NCBI RefSeq assembly: GCF_052425735.1
Contig: NC_135765.1
Coordinates: forward strand, 31,930,001 to 31,994,000
Length of the DNA stretch: 64,000 bases
Direction of reading: 5' to 3'
DNA from: Oculina patagonica
Lineage: Eukaryota
The number at the start of each line of letters is the position of its first letter. Within the stretch, counting starts at the first letter, position 1. The notes beneath the pieces are model-generated. The model saw nothing but the letters and a program-made list of their open reading frames with translations, searched no databases and was not told the origin of the DNA. Below, one piece after another: positions 13,436 through 22,400 of the stretch. The translations under genes and the position numbers were made by a program.

Positions 13436-16400
13436 TGTCATCGTCATCATCAGCAGCATTAGCATCATCATAATCTCATCATCATCATCATCATCATCTT
13501 AGTTGTCATGATCTTAGTTGTCATCATCATCCATCCATTAATAGTTTGCTTTTTCTATTGTAACTTTAGATTTTATCTTACCTGTAAAGTGCTTTAGAAT
13601 AATTTTTCTATAATTGTAGCGCTATATCAATTAGATTATTATTATCATTATCCCATCTCCTCCTCGTGAAGAATGGGGCCACTGATCCTCCTCCTTCAAG
13701 CCACCCTGTGTATGGCTGCTATCTGTGCCTCCCCCCCCATGTCTTTAATCCGAGATCTGACACAATGCCATAAAAACCAAGCTCAAAATGTTATTTTTGG
13801 TTAACACTCTGGACTCTGTTGAAAGTTTGAGGGGTAACAGGTAAAAAAACTGAATACAACAAATTCAGATAAGATAAAATGAACAAATTGTCTGTCTGTT
13901 TTGGGCTTGTTCACAAAGTAATGAAACAGATAAAACCTTTAAAAGCGTGGATTCAAAGGTAATGGTTTGGAAACAAAGGAGCACCAAGTTTATACATGTC
14001 CTCTTGTGTATTTAGTTTCAAGAAATGTTGAGTCAGTATGAAGAAAACCTACAGAATGAAAGAATAGATAAGGATCGACTTTCTGGAGACTACGAGAACA
14101 AAATACAGACGCTAACCAAGGTAAGAATGTAACTTTCTTTAGCTTAAACAAAAATTTGTCTCTCTTGCTGCGTTCAGTTCTTCTCCTGCTCAAGAGATTT
14201 TCAACAGACCTGTTTCTGAATGGTTGTTATTTCGAGTGGAAATTCAAAAACTGAGCAGCAACCAATCAGAGACGTACATGGATGTCAGTTGAGTTACGTC
14301 ATCACTATGGAATTTTCTCGAAATTTTTCTATAGATCCGGTTGGTAATCAACAAAGTTACATCGTCGCCTTTTTTCCGATGTTACAAAATTACCTTAAAA
14401 TCGAAGTAAACATGAAAGTAAGAACTTATTAAGGCAAAAAAATAGAAGGGATAATTATAAACCTGGATGGATGGTTAAAATTGAAGAAAGTAAGATGAAA
14501 AATAGATGCGCCAATTGTGACGTGGCTGCTCTAGTTAGGAGAACAATTGCCTTCCTTATTTGGTTGGAATCCTGTCTCTGAGAATTTACCTAGCTCGCGA
14601 TTCTAGAGTTGTTGCTAAGTAACATGATGCGAGGTGACGTTGTCCTCGTGCTATTTCTGAATGGACATAAATCTGAATGGGACATTCCTTGCCCCAACCC
14701 CCTCTCCCCAAATTGATTGACTGGATGGTCTTTAGGGGTGTAGAATCGACCGCGGTCAAACGACAGAAATATGCAAAAAACAAGAAAAGTACATTAAAGA
14801 TAAGGTTTTAATTTTCACAGTATAAAGATTGGTACATAACCTGCTTCCTGGGGATTTACTAAGTTTTTTTGAGCTTTACTAAAAAAGTTCTACGTGTTGA
14901 AAATAGCGACATGAGGACTTGTCGGCGCCATTTTGTCAAAGCACTTTGGTTCGGATGCGGAACATTTAAAAAGTAAAAAGACTCGTTTACCTGTGGAAAT
15001 GGGAAAATGTTTTCCCCGCAGCAACTATTTTATCGATCCTTGCTCATACTAACTCTTAAGACGAACGAAATTCCCCGAAATAGGAAGAAAAGCTGCCTGT
15101 GCTTTTGACCGCGGTTAAGGTGTAGAAGTGCTACAAGAGGTCTTGTGTTTTACTTACCGCTAAATACTTCTTTTACAGCAAGTTCAAGATCTCAGCAATG
15201 CCCTGGAGTCGCAAAAGGTAAGAAAACTAATACTTACAGTACGCTGTAAGTTTCAATTCTCTGAAGTAAACTCTCTTGTTGAGTAAATGGACAACGAGTA
15301 ACAGGTTGGGTTGATGCTTCATGTCGTAACACTTGTTCACCTTTCTTCACTGAGTCAGGCAAGAGACAGGCAGTGGCCTTTACGTATCCAACAAGACATT
15401 TTCAAGGTCTTTCTACCAATTATATTACAGCAGCCCGATTCAATATACATGATTGATTTATATTTCATATTTTGTTTCTTAGCAGGTGGAAACAGACAGA
15501 GTTCAGTACACATTTAATACTCAGCCACCTTCACTCCTTGGTATGTATATCTGTTAAACTGACATATCATACAGCATAATTAACTTTGTGGTGTTCTGTG
15601 AGAGTGGAACTCGTGTATGCGGTGTTCACTAGGTAAGCATAACTCAATGTAGCAAATTTCCAATATCTTCTGAAAATGTTCTTTTTTTTCTGAGTTTTTC
15701 CCTGGGGGAGGGGGTGGAAATGCAAATATTTTATGAGTAACAATCAATAATTTTGCTGTATTTTGACATCTGTAGCTTCTACACCTCCCGTGCCAGCTCC
15801 AAGGCAAACCGAGCGGCCTGTTCAAGGTGAGTAGAACTAAGAACAAAAGTCAAAGTTGTAAAAAAATTCGATTAAAAAAGCTTCAAGCAATTTAGTTTAA
15901 ATGCAAGCTCTGTGTAAACTGAAATATAAAGCGATTTTCGATTGAGTGTCATAAAAAAACGAAACCAAAATTATCACTCTGGCCAATCTTAAAGGAAACG
16001 GATAATCCAGTGAACCAATCAAAACTCAAAGCAAATGCATGGAGCCAGTGTGAAGCGCGGGAAAACGTGTGTGAGCGAGTCATGATTAGTTTTGCTTTTA
16101 CTTCTGATTGGTCAAGAAAGTGGTGGGAGTTTTTTTTAGACCAATCACTCCGTTGTAATGCAAAACCAACGAAAACGTGAACAACTTCTGACACACAAGT
16201 GAAAACTACTCTACTAGTAATGGTTGTGAGTTTGGAGCAATTTGACATCTAGGGGAGGGGTGGGGTGGCGAATGATGGCCTAGATTCTCGCGAGAACGAA
16301 ACTAATGTCACAAGATAGTGGAATGTCGTACATCAAACTGTCAATAACCTCATGTCTCCAATCATTGTGTCTTTCCATTTATCGTTAGTTAATTAAAGTG

Positions 16401-19400
16401 TTTAATTGTCTTGTAGTATGATTCATGCAGCGAAAAGTTTAGTAAGTTTAAATGTTATTTTCCTCCAGCTGAGCCCAGGGAAAGGGAAAGAGCAAAATCT
16501 CCTGAAAAAAGTGTAACAACAGGTACGCTCGACATTTTGCGAATTTTTTTATATTTTTTTATTTTTTTTAATTTATTTATTGAACACAAAGAACACTGCT
16601 TACAACACAAATACATACACTACTTACAATGCTACTTACAATACTTATTACATTGTTTCTTCACTACTTTTGTAAACATTTCTTTTTGTTTTTATGCCAA
16701 CGGTGACGTATAATAAACAGTAAAAAAACCTCATCACACAGCTAAGTTTTATCAAAATAAGTACAGTACAAGTTTGATGTGTGGTGATAAAAATTTGACA
16801 AAGGGTGAAAGAAAGTTGATTTTAAATCCCTGGTCAAACGGCAACGCAAGTGGATGCAAGTAGACGCAAGTTGAACTGACGTACAAACTTGCGTTGGGTG
16901 GCCAAACGGACTCGCAAGGGCACGCAAGTTGTCAGAAAAGTCATTTCAATGATACTGCGCGCGCTGCAATTCAGTACTTGAAGTAAACAGCAAGACTTAA
17001 GTTTACTTGAATTGGGTGGCCAAACGGTAAAAAACTTGCGCCGACTTGCGTGCAAATTTTGATCTCGACCAAAGTGAACGCAAGTCATCGCAAGTCAACG
17101 CAAGTGCACGGAAGTCCTGGCCAAACGGAAACGCAAGTGGACATATGTTGAAAACTTGCGTCTCCGTTTAGCCAGGCCTTAAAGGTTCGAAATTATCACA
17201 CATCATTTGCACTTTCGTTTGTTTTTTGTTTTGTTTACAGGGGAAACCATAACTCTTTATGTATCGACAAACCAAACCAAGTCTGGACAATACCGCTTAT
17301 GGCGACAATCCTCCGATGGATCTAACGAATGGTCCAATCTCTTCGGTTTCTCTGCCTTCATAAAACCCACAGGGAACTTCACCTACCCGGTGTATGTGTT
17401 CGCCGCAGCGGGATCCCCGCACTGGCGACAATATATATCGGGGAGTTCCTCCCCGCCCAGCCCGGAGTATCGTCTAGACTATATGTTCTACTGCTCTCAA
17501 TCGTCTTTGCCCGGGACTTTGCAATATCACGTGCTAGAAGCGGGGAGTGTTCCTGTGATCAGATCGTACGTCTGCAGGAATAAAAGTGTCCCGGGATGGA
17601 AGCACAAGGGACTGTCGTTCTTTGCTCCTAAACAAGCTTTGGGCGGCGACAAAACACGTATGTAAAGGAATTGTTGTTTTAAACCTTTTCTGTTTTTACG
17701 TTGTAAAATATCACTTTCAAATCGAAGGAATTTGCACAATGACGCCGGGCAGCAGAGATAAGCAAAGAGATATGCGCGCGCAGTGCCCATTGGGAGATAG
17801 GGGGATTGCGTACCACATATACTGAGGCAATATTTACCACATTTTATGTGACGAGTCGTCTGCATGAGCAATTTTCGTATATGACAACTTTTATTTGTCA
17901 CATAAGAGCTAACACGCCAGCTTATCAACAAATATATTTGTCACATATAAAAATCCCAAAGGAAAGTAAAACGGATTACGAGGTTTTCTTTAAACTGGAT
18001 TTGTGATAATCGCATCAGTTGTTTAAAGTAGTCAGACATTTTAGGCTAAAATGGAGATTGCAGGCAACGTAGATCTTTTTGTTTGTTTGTGTATTTTCAG
18101 TAACAAGTGTTTCTGCATCGTTCGAATCTACTTTGACGGAGGACAAAGAGCAAGGTTTGTTCAACTCTGTGTTCCTTTGGTTGCTCAGTTAATGCTTTTA
18201 ACTGAGTCAAATGAATGACCATCGTGTCTCGACCATTTTTTGTAAAAACCAAAAACATCTCAACTTTGTGCAAAGATCGATAATTCTGATCTTCAATAAT
18301 TCCTTTATTTATAGACTTTGAGCCAAGTGAATCTGAATCTGAAGAAGAGGTCTCTGCTTCTGCAGTACCGAAAGTGTAAGTACCTTATTACATGAAACTT
18401 TCGCGACACTTAAATTTCGCGATTTTGCGAAAACTTTGTATTTTGAATCACTTTAATTTCCCGTTTTTAGGGAAGACACAATTTACATTTCTTGGCAATA
18501 TCATTTAACATGCCCTTGACTTAAATAAAACGACCTCATCCAAGGAACAATAACGCCAATGGACGGGTCTAAATCTCGGCAATAGCAACAACATATCTTT
18601 TCTCACCATGTCTACAAGTTATTTTAGTAGGTCATGCTTGTACGTGCATGAGTTATTGTCAGTCAATTTAGTGACGACGAAATGCATTTACATTAAAATT
18701 CCTTCCTTCATTGGTACTAAACTTATTCTTTCTTGATTATTGACATAGTGTGAGTCACTTAATTTTTGCGTCATGTTCGCGTCACTTTAATTTCGCGAAA
18801 TTAACGTGTCGCGAAAATTTCATGTAATAAGGTAGCTTTATACTTTAGATTTTTAAAACTTAAAAGAAAAACTTCGCAGAAAAAAAAACACTTTTTTAAA
18901 ACTTGTACAACATAGAAAACACTCATGAGTTTTCTGCTCAATATATTTTATTTGAATGGTCACACACTAGGGTTTCATCCACACACATAATAATTATATT
19001 ATTTATCGTATTGTTTTCAGTGAAGTGGAAGATGTTGATGCAAATGAAAGCACAGTTAGTGCTGAAGACGTCAAGGAAATAACTTCGTGAGTTCCCTTCC
19101 TCTACCTCGACTGTAGTAAAAACGTTTCTTTATAATTCATACACTTACGTCTGCCCTTTCCGTGTCCAAATATCTCCATGAAACTCGCACATGGTGCTTT
19201 AACCAATCACAACGTAGCTGTATTCTTCTCGACCAATGAGGTGCATGAAGTCCAAAACTGCACGTGATGTGATATCTGGTTCACGTGATATGTTATTGCT
19301 CTAAATATTAATTTTCTTCTTTGTCTTTCTTTTCACAGAGGGCTTTCCAGCTCTGAATGGGTGAGTTTTCCTATCGTTTTTTCTTTCCTCTGTAGCTAAT

Positions 19401-22400
19401 TGTAAACTGCTTCATAGTTCAGTGACTAGCTGAATGAAACTCATATTTTGTTGTTTTCACAGGGTACAGCCACTTTAGAAGTCGGAACGTTCCATCCAAT
19501 TCCCCATAATCAGTTAATAACAAGTAAGAATTTACAATGAAATGTCACTTGATAAAGTGAATATATGAAAGACATATTATATTATAGGTGAACTGCGGAT
19601 AAATGATGAAATGAATAAAATGATCCTCGCAAAAACCATCACCATTACCATCTGAGCCTTGATACGTTGGGAACAGGTCAACGTATCAAGGCTCGGTTTT
19701 TGATTGGTCAAGAAATTAGGGAAGCCAACAAAAAAATGTGAAAGTCAATCAAAAACTCTACGGAAGGACAGCGGCAGCGGCATTTGTTTGTTTTATTTTT
19801 GTAAAGCGGTGAAATTCGTAACTTCATGGATTGTCCTTGTTAGACATGAATAATTTTTATCTTATAACACTTTCCTTTTGCAGCTCGGTTCAACCACAGA
19901 TTTGATGAAGTGCGAGCGTGTAGACAGGAAATAGTTCAAATACTGGACCAGAAACTTTCTAAACAAGGACTATCGCCGGTGAGTACAGATCTTCTCTTAA
20001 CCTTTTAGAACTTTTGACGTCTAGAAATGAAAAATATTGCGATAACTAGCGAAGGCCACATTGCAAGAGAATGCCTAAAGGTGTTTCCTGGTTTTTTTTT
20101 TTTTTTTTTTTGGGAAGCTTAATCTCTCTAATGTTTCTGAACTTTCGGTTTGTTTGCAGGAAAATGGAAGGCTGTCTTCACAGAAGATGGAGGCCAAAAT
20201 GGCCGCCCTAAAAACGGAGAGACAAGCACGGAGCAAGGTGAAAAGAAGTTTTTTTTAACATTTTATAGCTGATGTATGGACAGCATGTTTCTTTTTAAAA
20301 CAGACCGTGCATTTCGCGGGGTTTTCTTTTACATTTGCCGCGAAACGTACAATCCTCTTTTTTCTTTCAACGGAGACAAATGTGCATAAAATTGTAAACG
20401 CGGCTGTGCGGTTCCTAATGTATCTACATTGCTTTTTTTGCTTTTATTTCTCTTCTTTCAGAAAATCAAGAATTTCACGGCAGTCAGACAACAGTAAGTA
20501 GTATGAGTTTCTTGGTATTCGCTTGCACTTTTAATCTCTACACTCTTTAAACTTCTCTGCACGTGGTGCGTGCTTATATTTATACATGTAAAACTTGTTT
20601 TGCTTTAGGTGTGTGGAAGAGTTGGAAGACATAATGAAGAAGACTTACCGTAGTGGAACACCAACAGGAAAACCAAGCTCACCAGGTTTGTGATGTTCTT
20701 TTGTCCTCCCTTCTACCTAGATCACAGGACACCCAACAATACTGGTTTGAATTTTTAGAACAATGCTTGACAAATGACAAGAACCCATTGGGAAGTGAGA
20801 ATGAGTGACATTGGCGAGGATGGAAATGGGTTTCAATCGTCAAATTTAAAACCACGAGAGTAATGCTAGAAACTTTAGCTTACGTTCCTTTTAAATTTTG
20901 TAAAAATCTTCTTGCAACATGGAACATATCTTAGAAATTGCTTTCCAATTTAGTAAAGTTTCTACTTTTTCGATCAGGACATTTAAGCAAATACGCATAA
21001 TATACAGCTGTATATTTTCTCCTTAGTTCCCGCGGGTCCTCGTCCCGGAACCCGTTCTCCCGCGAGTAAGCCTCCTACATTCAAGTCTACAGCAACCGCT
21101 GTCCGTACTTCCGCTGCACTGCAGCCAGGCCGGAAGTCACCTGCTCCGAGAGGGACCCTGGGGTCTACTGGGTAAGTATTGCAAAGAGTTCATTAATTTA
21201 GGGGGTGGGGGATGTCACCACACGTGCGAAGAACGTGACTCGCGACGTCACTCAACGACATTTTGTTGCCTTGGTAACCATAATTGACAGCATCTGGTGA
21301 ACAAACGTTTTCAATATTCGTCTGTTTTCTGTGTTAGATCAACCAGTGGTGGTGACATGACAGTTAGCGATAGATCCGTCACGGACCGCTCCTTCAGTGG
21401 CACCTCCGTTACTGAGCGGACTCTGAGCGAGTCGGAGGAGGAAGTGACCGACACTGAAGGATCACAAGACGAAGAAGAAGAAGAAGATTCCAACTGGGAT
21501 TCAGAAGAGTGAGTAGATAAAGGAAAGGAAAAAGTAAAGTCTGTGTTCGAGCCAAGTAGCTCATCCCTGATGGAGGTTATCCCGGAGGGATATTTTTACT
21601 CTCCCCTGGTAGGGATGCTAATCCATTGCAGGGTTACCCCCAGCAGTAAACTCGCCGGTACCCATTTATACACCTGGTTAGAAAGGGGCACTGTGAGAGT
21701 TAAGTTACTTTCCCAAAAACACAACACAATGACTCCGGCCATCTCGAACCCGGACTGCTCTATCCGAAGTCCAGCGCACTAACCATCAGGGCCCGGTTGT
21801 TCAAAGCACGATTAAGCTAGTCCAGGATTAGCGTGAAATTTGATTTCAATTTTATATAATTTTGTTAAGGTTTTCTGTTAATATTTTCTGTCCCACAGTT
21901 TTGACATGGACCAATCTCAAACGTAACAAAATATTAGCCTTGGGAAACCCTTTTAAACAAGAGAAATTAAAATCTTGATCATCTTTTAATCCTGGGTTAG
22001 CGTTAATCGTCTTTCGAACAACCCGGCCCAGGCCACTGGGCCTCCCACCTCACAGAAAAGAAAAGAAAGCATTTTTCTTTGGAAATTTTCGGAGTGTTCG
22101 GAAACTTTCGAAAAAAGTCGGAAATCTTCGACGGATGGTGATAGGTTTAATCCGTGTAGAGTTACGTTGTCATGAATGAAAGTAATATCACTCGCATGAA
22201 AGACGATATGAAAAGCCATCATGGGGTATTTCACGGCATATCACATGAAAGGATTGCATAAGTAGCTCTCAAAAACAAAATTTCACTTCTTGTTTTGTGT
22301 GGTAAGTTAATTTAAAGTAAATTTGGATCAAAATAACTATTTGTTACATGTAGAAAGTTCGTTTTTTAACGAATTAAAGATATGGTCGGTTGCGCATAGT

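Noticed and set aside
16826-17178. Short regularly recurring CGCAAGT units as a CRISPR-like array
   Set aside because: Units are 7 bp with irregular spacing inside a TIR-bounded MITE, in a eukaryotic context with no cas genes.
17207-17665. Independent 152-aa nested gene, or an alternative terminal exon
   Set aside because: The start is TTG within a polypyrimidine acceptor tract, and a good in-phase donor precedes the stop. An internal exon fits better, although terminal use is not excluded.
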